Of a stretch of DNA of 29,793 nt, positions 1-8,457 are shown in pieces. Under the pieces are notes generated by a model. It did no database searches. It was not told the DNA's origin and saw nothing but the letters and a program-made list of their open reading frames with translations. The DNA is taken from positions 1 through 29,793 of IMG/VR virus record IMGVR_UViG_3300020043_002555, one strand, 5' to 3'. The stretch's first letter is position 1. The number at the start of each line of letters is the position of its first letter. The DNA comes from a virus. Its lineage: Duplodnaviria > Caudoviricetes. The position numbers and the translations under genes are program-made.

Positions 1-121
1 AGGAGCAGTAGTCAAATCATTTAAGGCTGTTTTTGATGATCCACTTGGAGCATTACAAAAATTAGGTGAGGCTATTCAAGAAAATCTAATTGAGCGTTTT
101 GTTTCTTTTGGTGAAACATTG
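1..121 (+). repeat. Terminal direct repeat, left copy (assembly circularisation overlap)
   Basis: 1-121 is identical to 29673-29793, and the reading frame continues across the join. Confidence 0.97.
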
Positions 122-1507
122 GGATTAATTGGAAAGGCAGTAGCTGAATTTTTCAGTGGTGAATTTTCCAAATCTTTTGAGACATTAAAGGCGGCAGGAA
201 AAGAAAGTATTGATGTCCTTACTGGTGTTGATGATACGGTAAATAAAGTAACTGAAACAGTTACCACTGCCGTTGAAACTTTTGGAAATTATATAGGCAA
301 AACTATTGAGGCTAATAAACAATTAGTCACATTGCAAAACAATGCCAAGTTAGCTGCAGCAGAACAAGCGAGATTAGCAGAGCAATATGATAGGAGTGCA
401 GAGTTATTGCGTCAAGCACGTGATGATGAGCGAAAGTCTATTGATGATAGAATTAAAGCTAATGATGAATTAGCTGATGTTTTAGATAAGCAAGAGAAAG
501 CAGAGTTAGCAGCAGCAAATGCACAAGTAGCGGCGGCATCTGCAATGCTTCAGCACAATAATACCATAGATAATCAGGTAGCATTAACACAAGCACTCGC
601 AAATGCTGATGGTGTACGTGCAAAAATTGCAGGGTTAAGGTCGGAACAACAGATGAATGACCTTGCATTGAGCAAAGAGAAAAACGAATTGCTGAAAAGT
701 GAGAGTGAAGCAACTGCTCAATTGTCACTTGAAAATCAAAAATTCTATGCAGAAAGAATTAAAGATGATAATGCAAGATTAAATGCGCTCAAATATGTAT
801 TAGGTGAAGAACGCAAACTTGAATTAGCACGATTACAAGAGCAAATAGATACCTATGCATTAGGAACACAGGCAAGAGTTGATGCGCAAATAGCATACAA
901 TCAAAAGAAACAAGAATTAGATCAACAAGAAGTCGCATTAGATGACCAATTAAAGGAGGTCAAAAAGAAGAATATCCAAGAGCGATTAGATGCCGAAGCA
1001 CAAGCTGAACAAAAAAGAGTTGAAATAGCAGCAAATGCAGTTGGCGCATTGATGGCAATTACTGATGCGGTTGGTAAAAATGATAAGGAGGGTGCAAAAA
1101 AAAGATTTAAAATAAATAAAGCATTGGGTATTGCACAAGCAGGTATCAATACCTATATGGCTGTAAACGCTGCATTAACAGCAGGAGGTAACCCAATCAA
1201 GTTGGCTACTGGTGCGCAATTCGTTGAAGCAGGAATAGCATTAACAATGGGACTTGCTAACGTGGCTGCAATTGCTAAAACTAAATTTGATGAGAGCGCA
1301 GGAAATGCACCATCTACATCAGGAGGTGGCGGTGCAATGGGTGGAGGCGGTGGAGGTTCTACATCTGCACCTGCATTGGATTTATCTTTTTTGAACAATG
1401 GACAAACGAAAGCACAACCGTTACAAACCTACGTTTTAGCTACTAACGTAACCAGCGCACAAGATGCACAACAGAAGATTATTGACCAATCAAAATTAAT
1501 TAAATAA
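2..1507 (+). CDS. Tail tape measure protein, 3' part (starts at 29356; about 607 aa in total)
   Basis: Long Ala/Gln/Glu-rich helical protein with hydrophobic Gly/Ala segments and a Gly-rich C-terminus. In frame with 29356..29672 through the terminal overlap, so the TTG at 119 is not the real start. Confidence 0.85.
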   Translation, partial: GAVVKSFKAVFDDPLGALQKLGEAIQENLIERFVSFGETLGLIGKAVAEFFSGEFSKSFETLKAAGKESIDVLTGVDDTVNKVTETVTTAVETFGNYIGKTIEANKQLVTLQNNAKLAAAEQARLAEQYDRSAELLRQARDDERKSIDDRIKANDELADVLDKQEKAELAAANAQVAAASAMLQHNNTIDNQVALTQALANADGVRAKIAGLRSEQQMNDLALSKEKNELLKSESEATAQLSLENQKFYAERIKDDNARLNALKYVLGEERKLELARLQEQIDTYALGTQARVDAQIAYNQKKQELDQQEVALDDQLKEVKKKNIQERLDAEAQAEQKRVEIAANAVGALMAITDAVGKNDKEGAKKRFKINKALGIAQAGINTYMAVNAALTAGGNPIKLATGAQFVEAGIALTMGLANVAAIAKTKFDESAGNAPSTSGGGGAMGGGGGGSTSAPALDLSFLNNGQTKAQPLQTYVLATNVTSAQDAQQKIIDQSKLIK

Positions 1508-1508
1508 T

Positions 1509-2105
1509 ATGAATACAGAAGAAGTTAAAGTTATTGAGTACACCATTGATGATAGCGGTTATTTGGGTGTACACGCAATGTCATTAGTAGAAAATCCTGC
1601 TATTGAAGTGGATTTTGTAGCACTATCCAAGACACGCAAAGTCCAACAAGCGGCGGTTGAAGAAGGTGAAAGAAAGATGGTGTATGGTGCGGTGATGATT
1701 CCCGAGCAATTGATCTACCGAGTTGATGCAGTAGGCCGTGAATACTACTGCAAATATTCAAAGGACACCATCAATAAGATAGCACAAGAATATCTCAAAA
1801 GAAATATGCACCACAATAGCAATTTAGAACACGAAATCCCAGTTGCAGGCTGCACGGTTGTGGAGTCTTGGATTACAGAAGGTCAATTCGATAAGAGTCA
1901 AAACTTTGGATTCTCCTTTCCCGAAGGTACTTGGTGCATCGGTATGAAGATTGACAATGACGAAGTGTGGGCATCTATTAAGCAGGGAGATGTTAAAGGC
2001 TTTTCATTGGAAGGATTCTTCACTGAGATAAGTGACGAGTATATGACTCAGCAGGAGATTGAAAAGATAATGAAGGAACTCGAAAATGAGTTAAGCGGTC
2101 TGTAA
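1509..2105 (+). CDS. XkdF-like putative prohead (serine) protease
   Basis: SLVENPAIE, NLEH, VESW, GTW and VKGFSLEG motifs; lies directly upstream of the scaffold and capsid genes. Confidence 0.8.
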   Translation: MNTEEVKVIEYTIDDSGYLGVHAMSLVENPAIEVDFVALSKTRKVQQAAVEEGERKMVYGAVMIPEQLIYRVDAVGREYYCKYSKDTINKIAQEYLKRNMHHNSNLEHEIPVAGCTVVESWITEGQFDKSQNFGFSFPEGTWCIGMKIDNDEVWASIKQGDVKGFSLEGFFTEISDEYMTQQEIEKIMKELENELSGL

Positions 2106-2108
2106 GAT

Positions 2109-2126
2109 TACACCTGTGCAGGTGTA
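2109..2126. promoter_or_regulatory. Palindrome TACACCTG-TG-CAGGTGTA, operator-like
   Basis: Perfect 8-bp inverted repeat with a 2-nt spacer immediately after the protease stop codon. Confidence 0.4.
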
Positions 2127-2137
2127 TGTTACCCGAC

Positions 2138-2169
2138 AAAAAAAGGCTTCCACGTTTGGAGGCCTTTTT
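2138..2169 (+). terminator. Intrinsic terminator, possibly bidirectional
   Basis: AAAAGGCTTCCA-CGTT-TGGAGGCCTTTTT hairpin with an A-run before and a T-run after. Confidence 0.75.
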
Positions 2170-2264
2170 CTGTAAACAACTAAACAAACTTAAACAAACG
2201 AAAACTATGCGGGAACAAAAGTAGGGGTTTTGCTACTAATAAGAAGAAAAGAAAAAAAGTAGAT

Positions 2265-2849
2265 ATGAACAAAGTAAGTGAAATCGTTTCTAAATACGCT
2301 GATAGATTGAAGGCCTTTGGTATTCAATTGTCTGCTGATGGAGAAATCAAAAAAGAAATGCAGATGGCTATGGCCATTCTTGCCGATGGCACTGAGGTGT
2401 ATTCACCTGATGCTGAATTCGCTGTTGGTAGCGAACTATTCGTAATGGATGCCGATGGTAATCCAGTACCTGCTCCCGATGGAGAGCATACAACTGCGGA
2501 AGGCAAAGTAATCGTTGTAAGCGGTGGAGTAATCGCTGAGATTAAAGAGCCTATGGTAGAAGAAGAAGCTACTCCAGTTGTTGAAGAAGAACAAGCTGCA
2601 TTCGATGGAGTGAGCCGTGAGGAATTCGAGTCAACAATCAACTCTTTGGTTGAGGCATTCGAGGCAAAGATTGCTTCTTTGAATGCTGAAAAGGAGAACC
2701 TTTCTGCAACTATCGAAAAGATGTCAAAGCAACCTGCTGCTGATTCAGTAAAAAAATCAGTTGCAGTTGCTCAAAAGAGCGCACCTATGGACTTGGCTAA
2801 AATGGATGTCAAGAACAGAGTGTTTAATATCATGAACAAATACAAATAA
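2265..2849 (+). CDS. Capsid scaffolding protein (putative)
   Basis: Acidic protein with a PAPDGEH motif and a coiled-coil C-terminal half, between the protease and capsid genes. Confidence 0.65.
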   Translation: MNKVSEIVSKYADRLKAFGIQLSADGEIKKEMQMAMAILADGTEVYSPDAEFAVGSELFVMDADGNPVPAPDGEHTTAEGKVIVVSGGVIAEIKEPMVEEEATPVVEEEQAAFDGVSREEFESTINSLVEAFEAKIASLNAEKENLSATIEKMSKQPAADSVKKSVAVAQKSAPMDLAKMDVKNRVFNIMNKYK

Positions 2850-2870
2850 TAAAAATAAAAAAGAAAAAAA

Positions 2871-3806
2871 ATGGCATCAACATTGACCATCAACAGTTCA
2901 TCGTACAATGGTGAATTAGCGTTGCCTTACATCAACGCTGCTATCTTGTCTGGAGACACTTTAGCGAAAAATTATGTAACACTTAAGGAAGGTGTAAAAT
3001 ACAAGGCTGTATTGAAGAAGTTGTCAAACGCTGCATCTTTGGTTCAAGACGGTACTGTATGTGATTTCGGACAAGCAGGAGATTTGAATTTGGATGAGTC
3101 TGTATTGATCGTATCTGATTTGAAAACTAACTTGGAATTGTGCAAGTCTGAGTTCGCTCGTGATTGGGAAGCTGCTCAAACTGGCCGTGGATTCATCAAT
3201 GATGTTGTTCCTTCTAACTTTGCTGATTTCTTAATCGGTTATGCTGCTGCTAAAGTTGGTGAGACTATCGAGTACACTATTTGGCAGGGTGATACAGGTG
3301 GAACTTATGATGCATTTGACGGATTTGAAAAGAAATTGAAGGCTGCTTTGGGAACAGGTGCTGATATCACTTGGACTGGTACAGGTTTAACTCCTCTTTC
3401 TGCATCAAACGTTATTGCTAACTTGAATACAGTTATCAATGCATTGCCAGTTGCCTTGATTGGTTCACCTGATACTAAGTTGTACATGAACCGTGCTACT
3501 GCTCAGTACTATCGTCAAGCAGTTGCTGCTCAAGGTTACTTGCAAATGTTCTCAGCTGCTTCTGATTTCAACTTGCAATTCAACGGATATGACATTTATG
3601 TATGTCCAGGTATCAGCGCAGGAACAATTATTGCTGCTCAAGCTTCTAACTTGTTTGTTGGTGTTGATGCTAACTCTGACTTTGCTGAAGTAAAGGTTGT
3701 TGACATGACTATGACTGATGCATCTGACAACGTTCGTATGGCTATGAGATACCGTGTAGGTGTTCAAGTAGGTGTTATGAGTGATTGCATAATCGGTCAC
3801 AACTAA
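2871..3806 (+). CDS. Major capsid protein
   Basis: 311 aa with IWQGD...FDGF motif, strongly biased codon usage, an A-rich leader and a downstream terminator; follows protease and scaffold. Confidence 0.85.
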   Translation: MASTLTINSSSYNGELALPYINAAILSGDTLAKNYVTLKEGVKYKAVLKKLSNAASLVQDGTVCDFGQAGDLNLDESVLIVSDLKTNLELCKSEFARDWEAAQTGRGFINDVVPSNFADFLIGYAAAKVGETIEYTIWQGDTGGTYDAFDGFEKKLKAALGTGADITWTGTGLTPLSASNVIANLNTVINALPVALIGSPDTKLYMNRATAQYYRQAVAAQGYLQMFSAASDFNLQFNGYDIYVCPGISAGTIIAAQASNLFVGVDANSDFAEVKVVDMTMTDASDNVRMAMRYRVGVQVGVMSDCIIGHN

Positions 3807-3819
3807 TATTAACCACAAG

Positions 3820-3858
3820 TAAAGGGGAAGGTGGTTAAGTCTGCCTTCCCTTTATTTT
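3820..3858 (+). terminator. Intrinsic terminator/stabilising hairpin after the capsid gene
   Basis: AAAGGGGAAGGTGG...CTGCCTTCCCTTT stem followed by ATTTT. Confidence 0.7.
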
Positions 3859-3880
3859 AACTAATTAAAAATATAAAATT

Positions 3881-4426
3881 ATGGCTTGTGAATTAACCGC
3901 AGGATTTCTCTTAGATTGCAAAGATACAATTGGTGGAATCAAAGCAATCTACTTGCAACAACACGCTGACTTTTTGAGTGGTGTAACAATTGATGCAAAT
4001 ACAGAAGAAGTAAGCGCATTACCCGCAGTAGATGTATACAAATACATTTGTCCAAAGCATACGGGTAGCTTTACCGAAGAGGTAGCTTCATCTGTTGAGA
4101 ATGGAACAATTTTCTATACACAAACGGTAACCGCTACATTCTTTAAGTTAAATGCATTGCGAAGAAAGCAATTGGAATTGGTTGCTAAAAATCGTCTTGT
4201 TGTTTTTGTTCAAGACAATAACGATAACATTTGGATGGTTGGTAAAGGAGATGGTGCAGAAGTTACCGCAATGACTACCGCAACGGGTACAGCAAAAGGT
4301 GACTTGAATGGTTACACCATTACCTTCACCGCAGAAGAGGCTCATAAAGCGTATCGCTTGGAATCGTTTACAAATAATCCATTCGATAACTTTGATGTTA
4401 CTCCTATTGCACCAACAATTTATTAA
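3881..4426 (+). CDS. Major tail tube protein (putative)
   Basis: 181 aa, beta-rich, with MAC...C...GGIK, NGTIFYTQ and GTAKGDLNGY motifs typical of Bacteroidota siphophage structural proteins. Confidence 0.6.
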   Translation: MACELTAGFLLDCKDTIGGIKAIYLQQHADFLSGVTIDANTEEVSALPAVDVYKYICPKHTGSFTEEVASSVENGTIFYTQTVTATFFKLNALRRKQLELVAKNRLVVFVQDNNDNIWMVGKGDGAEVTAMTTATGTAKGDLNGYTITFTAEEAHKAYRLESFTNNPFDNFDVTPIAPTIY

Positions 4427-4435
4427 TTACCTTTG
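4407..4435 (+). promoter_or_regulatory. Bacteroidota sigma70-type promoter
   Basis: TTG (4407-4409)-N18-TACCTTTG (4428-4435), just upstream of the GTG start at 4442. Confidence 0.55.
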
Positions 4436-4441
4436 TAGGTA

Positions 4442-4846
4442 GTGAATTATCTGCAAACTAATACCGCCTCGCAAACCCTTCTTCTTTCATTAGAAGAGGG
4501 GGTTTTGCTTTTACCTTCCTTTACGGACTATCTGTTAATCTTGCAGAACGAGATTACGTTAAAACAATATGCGGTTATTCCATCGGTTATAGACTCAAAT
4601 GAAAGAATTACAATGCTATCCATTAGCACTGATGCAGATGATGCTGTCAATGGTAGTATTCTTATTACTGATGGCGGCCGTTATAACTATATTATTTATG
4701 GTCAAAATTCGGGTGGCAACCTTGATCCTACTTCTGTTGATGTGGTTGGTGAGATTAAAAGAGGTTATATCGAATTCAATACACTCACTGCGTATTATGA
4801 CCAACCAACGCTAACAATCCCAAATGACATCGAATACAATGGATAA
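4442..4846 (+). CDS. Hypothetical virion protein
   Basis: 134-aa beta-rich ORF between the tail tube and portal genes; overlaps the portal start. Confidence 0.7.
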   Translation: MNYLQTNTASQTLLLSLEEGVLLLPSFTDYLLILQNEITLKQYAVIPSVIDSNERITMLSISTDADDAVNGSILITDGGRYNYIIYGQNSGGNLDPTSVDVVGEIKRGYIEFNTLTAYYDQPTLTIPNDIEYNG

Positions 4847-6965
4847 TTTCCTTCAAAATATAAAGTCACGAGTCGGCGATAAAGTCGAAATGTCCAAATA
4901 TGTTAAGATTGCACCAATTGAGCGTGAAAACGTATCAAAAGGATGGGTGAATTTTGGAGAGGCTAATATGTATCCGCAGTATTTGATTGAATTGCAAAGT
5001 GAATCCCCAGTTCACGGATCAATCGTGAATTCAATCAGTCAAATGATTGCAGGAAAGGGTGTGAGTGGTGGCAATGATATAGCTAATGCGTATTTAAGTG
5101 GCTTAAAAATCGATTCAATTGTACCACATATATCAAGAGACCTTAAATTATTTGGAGGTTATTATTTGGAAGTTATCTGGTCAATGGATAGAACAACCAT
5201 TGCACAAGTAAATCATCTACCTTTTGAAAATTGTCGTCTTGCGTGTAGTGATGAAAATGATGATGTGATTGGTATTTGGTATTCAAGAGATTGGAGTGAT
5301 ACACGCAAAAAGAAGAACACACCGCATTTTATTGCGATGTTTGACGAAGAAAATAAAGAGGCATTGCCTAAGCAAGTCCTTTTCGTACATACGTTAAAGA
5401 TGGGTAGCGAATACTACCCTAAACCTGATTACATTGGTAGCGTTAACTACATTGAATTAACTCGCCAGATAGGTGAGTACCACGTTAACAATATTCTCAA
5501 TGGATTTTTCCCTTCATTAATCGCATCTTTTAACAATGGCATCCCATCATTGGAAGAACAGCACATGATTAAAAATCAATTGCAGATGTCTTTGGGTAGC
5601 GCAGAAAATGCAGGAAAGGTATTGACATTCTTTAACGAAGAAAGAGATAGAGGTGTTGAATTCACATCTTTTCCCATTCACGATGCCGACAAGCAATATC
5701 AGTTTTTGAGTGAGGAATGCACAAAGCAGATAATGATTGCTCATCGTGTGACCTCTCCTTTGTTATTTGGTGTGCGTGATGGGGGTGGATTGGGTAGCAA
5801 TACCGATGAGATGAAAACTGCTTTATTCATATTCCAAAAGCAGGTTATTGAGCCTTTCCAAAGATTAATTGAAGATGGAATATCCATTATTTGTGAAGCA
5901 TCCAATGTGGTAGCCACTCCGAAGATTATTTCAAATGATATTTTAGAAGTAGCACCAGTTGAAGCGCAACAATCAGCAGTAAAAAAAAAAGTTAAGTGCG
6001 AACACACGCACGTACTTGAAGCAGATGAGAGCTATGCACCAACCGATGAAATGGCAGGTGAAGCAGAACTTGGATTAAAGTGGAGAGAGGAATACGGAAG
6101 GGGTGGAACGGAAGTAGGTGTTGCACGTGCAAGAGACATCAGCAATAAGCGCAATCTTTCCTTTGATACCGTGCAAAGGATGAACTCTTATTTTTCAAGA
6201 CACGAAGTAGACAAAGAAGCTATTGGATGGAATCAAGGTGAAGATGGATTTCCAACTGCTGGTCGCATTGCTTGGCAACTTTGGGGAGGTGATGCAGGAA
6301 GAGATTGGGCAAAGAGAATAGTTGAACGTGTGAATGTTGAGCAGTCAGCGCACGTGTGTCAATCTTCAAATGATTTCACGGATGAGGAAGGTAGAATCTT
6401 CATTGATGAATTGAAAAGTAAAGCTGAATATATAGACAAAGAGGAATGGGAATTGATAAGTGAGGAAGATGTACTTGATCCTGAAAATGAATTGAATTAC
6501 ACCTCACAACTCTTTAACAAGATGCCATCAATGAGTGATGCAAATGGTGGAGATAAGTCGCAGTGGGGTGATGCAGGACTTTACAAATTACGTTATGCAT
6601 ATTCTCAAAACCTATCTGTTAACTCACGTGAATTCTGCATTGATATGGTGGGATTGTCTACGGCAGGTGCGGTGTTCCGATATGAAGATATAAAGAGGAT
6701 GAGTGATAAAGGGGTAAATGGAGATTTTGCACCTACTGGTCAAAGCACCTATGATATTTTCGTCTACAAAGGTGGTGCATTTTGTCACCATTTTTGGAAG
6801 CGTCAAATCTATATGAGAAAGAGAGATTCCAAAGGTAGAATTCTACCAAATCAAGGTCTTGAAAATGATAAGCGTGTGGGCAATAACCCATTCGTTCCAA
6901 AGAAAGGAGTTGAAGGTGTTGCTCCAATAAATACACCATCCAGAGGTTCAATTAAATACGCCTAA
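4824..6965 (+). CDS. Portal protein fused to a WGGD-motif domain and a MuF-like head morphogenesis domain
   Basis: The N-terminal ~385 aa have portal motifs (FGEANMYPQYL, YYPKPDY, IMIAHRVTSPLLFG). These are followed by a RIAWQLWGGDAG domain and an SREFC...YKGGAFCHHFW domain. The ATG at 4839 is an alternative start. Confidence 0.8.
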   Translation: MTSNTMDNFLQNIKSRVGDKVEMSKYVKIAPIERENVSKGWVNFGEANMYPQYLIELQSESPVHGSIVNSISQMIAGKGVSGGNDIANAYLSGLKIDSIVPHISRDLKLFGGYYLEVIWSMDRTTIAQVNHLPFENCRLACSDENDDVIGIWYSRDWSDTRKKKNTPHFIAMFDEENKEALPKQVLFVHTLKMGSEYYPKPDYIGSVNYIELTRQIGEYHVNNILNGFFPSLIASFNNGIPSLEEQHMIKNQLQMSLGSAENAGKVLTFFNEERDRGVEFTSFPIHDADKQYQFLSEECTKQIMIAHRVTSPLLFGVRDGGGLGSNTDEMKTALFIFQKQVIEPFQRLIEDGISIICEASNVVATPKIISNDILEVAPVEAQQSAVKKKVKCEHTHVLEADESYAPTDEMAGEAELGLKWREEYGRGGTEVGVARARDISNKRNLSFDTVQRMNSYFSRHEVDKEAIGWNQGEDGFPTAGRIAWQLWGGDAGRDWAKRIVERVNVEQSAHVCQSSNDFTDEEGRIFIDELKSKAEYIDKEEWELISEEDVLDPENELNYTSQLFNKMPSMSDANGGDKSQWGDAGLYKLRYAYSQNLSVNSREFCIDMVGLSTAGAVFRYEDIKRMSDKGVNGDFAPTGQSTYDIFVYKGGAFCHHFWKRQIYMRKRDSKGRILPNQGLENDKRVGNNPFVPKKGVEGVAPINTPSRGSIKYA

Positions 6966-6968
6966 AAA

Positions 6969-7544
6969 ATGCCAATACCACAAGAGATACTTTTAATCAA
7001 TGAGGATTATATAAAGAAATTTACACCGCTTACTGATGCAGTTGATCCCAATTTAATTAGACCTGCCATCTATTTGGCGCAGGATAAGTATTTAACTAAC
7101 TTTTTGGGGACAAATTTGACGGTAAAATTAAAGGATGATGTAGCAAATGCGACTTTAACAGGTGACTATGAAACACTATTGAACGAATACGTGTTGAAGG
7201 TGGTGTTGTGGTGGACAATGGTGGAGTTATATCCATCTCTTTTGTACAAGCACGATAACGGCAATTTAGTGAGTAGACAAAGTGAGGACACTACTCCAGT
7301 CACAAAGTTAGAAATGGAGTCACTCAAAGAAGCTGCAAGACAAAACGCACGTTGGTATACTAAAAGAATGGTAGACTATTTGTGCTATAATAGTGAATTG
7401 TTTCCCGAATACACCAATAACACTGATAACAATATCTCACCTGATAGAAACCCATACGGAAAGAGTAATTTTCTCATCTCAAATTCATACAAAGAATGCA
7501 GAACAAAGTGGAATCTAAAAGACTTTCTACCCCCATCGTACTAA
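6969..7544 (+). CDS. Head-tail adaptor/connector protein (putative)
   Basis: Helical 191-aa protein with AQD..L...LG and FPEY motifs, directly after the portal gene. Confidence 0.6.
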   Translation: MPIPQEILLINEDYIKKFTPLTDAVDPNLIRPAIYLAQDKYLTNFLGTNLTVKLKDDVANATLTGDYETLLNEYVLKVVLWWTMVELYPSLLYKHDNGNLVSRQSEDTTPVTKLEMESLKEAARQNARWYTKRMVDYLCYNSELFPEYTNNTDNNISPDRNPYGKSNFLISNSYKECRTKWNLKDFLPPSY

Positions 7545-7603
7545 AACGTAAGGAGTACGAAAAGCTATTAAAGCAGTATCTTAAAAAACAAGAAAAGAGA
7601 TGA
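7496..7603 (+). CDS. Small basic peptide, 35 aa (not in ORF track)
   Basis: MQNKVESKRLSTPIVLKRKEYEKLLKQYLKKQEKR; fills the gap, and its TGA overlaps the holin ATG (ATGA). Confidence 0.55.
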   Translation: MQNKVESKRLSTPIVLKRKEYEKLLKQYLKKQEKR

Positions 7604-8007
7604 AAGTAAAGTTGTGGTTATTGGGTATTGCAACGGTGTTTTTACCAATCAAAGAATTGATGATAACCATTGGTTTTTTGGTAGCTATGGATATGGTGGT
7701 TGGGATATGGAAAGCATTGAAATTAGGCCAAAGAATTAGGTCAAGACGGATGAGTGATACCATCACAAAATTGATGTTGTATCAAATTGCAATCGTAAGT
7801 GGATTCTTGATTGAGACTTATATAATCACCGAACTTATCCCCATCACTAAGTTAATAGCTACCGTTGTGGCTATAATTGAATTTAAGTCAATCATTGAAT
7901 CAATTGAGTCAGTGACTGGTAAGGATTTGTGGTCAAAGATTAAAGCAATTATTGGTAGAAAGAGCGAAGATTTAACTGATGCAATGACCGATGGAAAAGA
8001 TAAGTAA
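7600..8007 (+). CDS. Holin (phage holin 4-like)
   Basis: Three to four hydrophobic segments, D...G..KA and E..SI.E motifs, a charged C-terminus; upstream of the endolysin. Confidence 0.85.
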   Translation: MKVKLWLLGIATVFLPIKELMITIGFLVAMDMVVGIWKALKLGQRIRSRRMSDTITKLMLYQIAIVSGFLIETYIITELIPITKLIATVVAIIEFKSIIESIESVTGKDLWSKIKAIIGRKSEDLTDAMTDGKDK

Positions 8008-8452
8008 ATATGTAGACTACTTTGAAGTCACACACAGCAATCAGGCGAAGGCATTGAGGATTAGCAACATTCCAAATGCTGAACAATTGGGTAACTTGAA
8101 GCTGGTTTGCACCAACATATTTGATAAAGTGCGTGAGCATTTTGGTAAACCCATTGGAATCTCATCTGCCTATCGCAGCCACGAATTAAATACACGCATC
8201 GGTGGGAGTAAGTCAAGTCAACACATGGAAGGTAAGGCATTGGATATTGATGCAGATATTCATGGTGGCATAAATAACAAAGAGTTATTTGAATGGATAA
8301 GAAAGAATTGTATATTTGACCAACTGATATGGGAGTTTGGAAGTGAGAATGCACCATCTTGGGTACACGTAAGTTACAATAGTGAAGGGAACAGAGGTCA
8401 AGTGTTACGTGCGGTCAAGAGTGGTGGTAGAACAGTATACCAACCATTCTAA
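7991..8452 (+). CDS. Endolysin, peptidase M15A family
   Basis: ISSAYRS, SQHMEGKALD, FDQLIWE and WVHVSY Zn-peptidase motifs. Confidence 0.9.
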   Translation: MEKISKYVDYFEVTHSNQAKALRISNIPNAEQLGNLKLVCTNIFDKVREHFGKPIGISSAYRSHELNTRIGGSKSSQHMEGKALDIDADIHGGINNKELFEWIRKNCIFDQLIWEFGSENAPSWVHVSYNSEGNRGQVLRAVKSGGRTVYQPF

Positions 8453-8457
8453 AATAT

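Noticed and set aside
1-121. Biological direct terminal repeat
   Set aside because: It falls mid-gene and its length is typical of an assembler k-mer overlap, so it indicates circularity rather than physical genome ends.
1096-1103. A8 run in the tape measure gene with a nearby -1 stop
   Set aside because: A shorter run in a Lys-rich context with no supporting feature.
1321-1358. GGN-rich stretch as a G-quadruplex or repeat element
   Set aside because: Explained by the poly-Gly linker of the tape measure protein.
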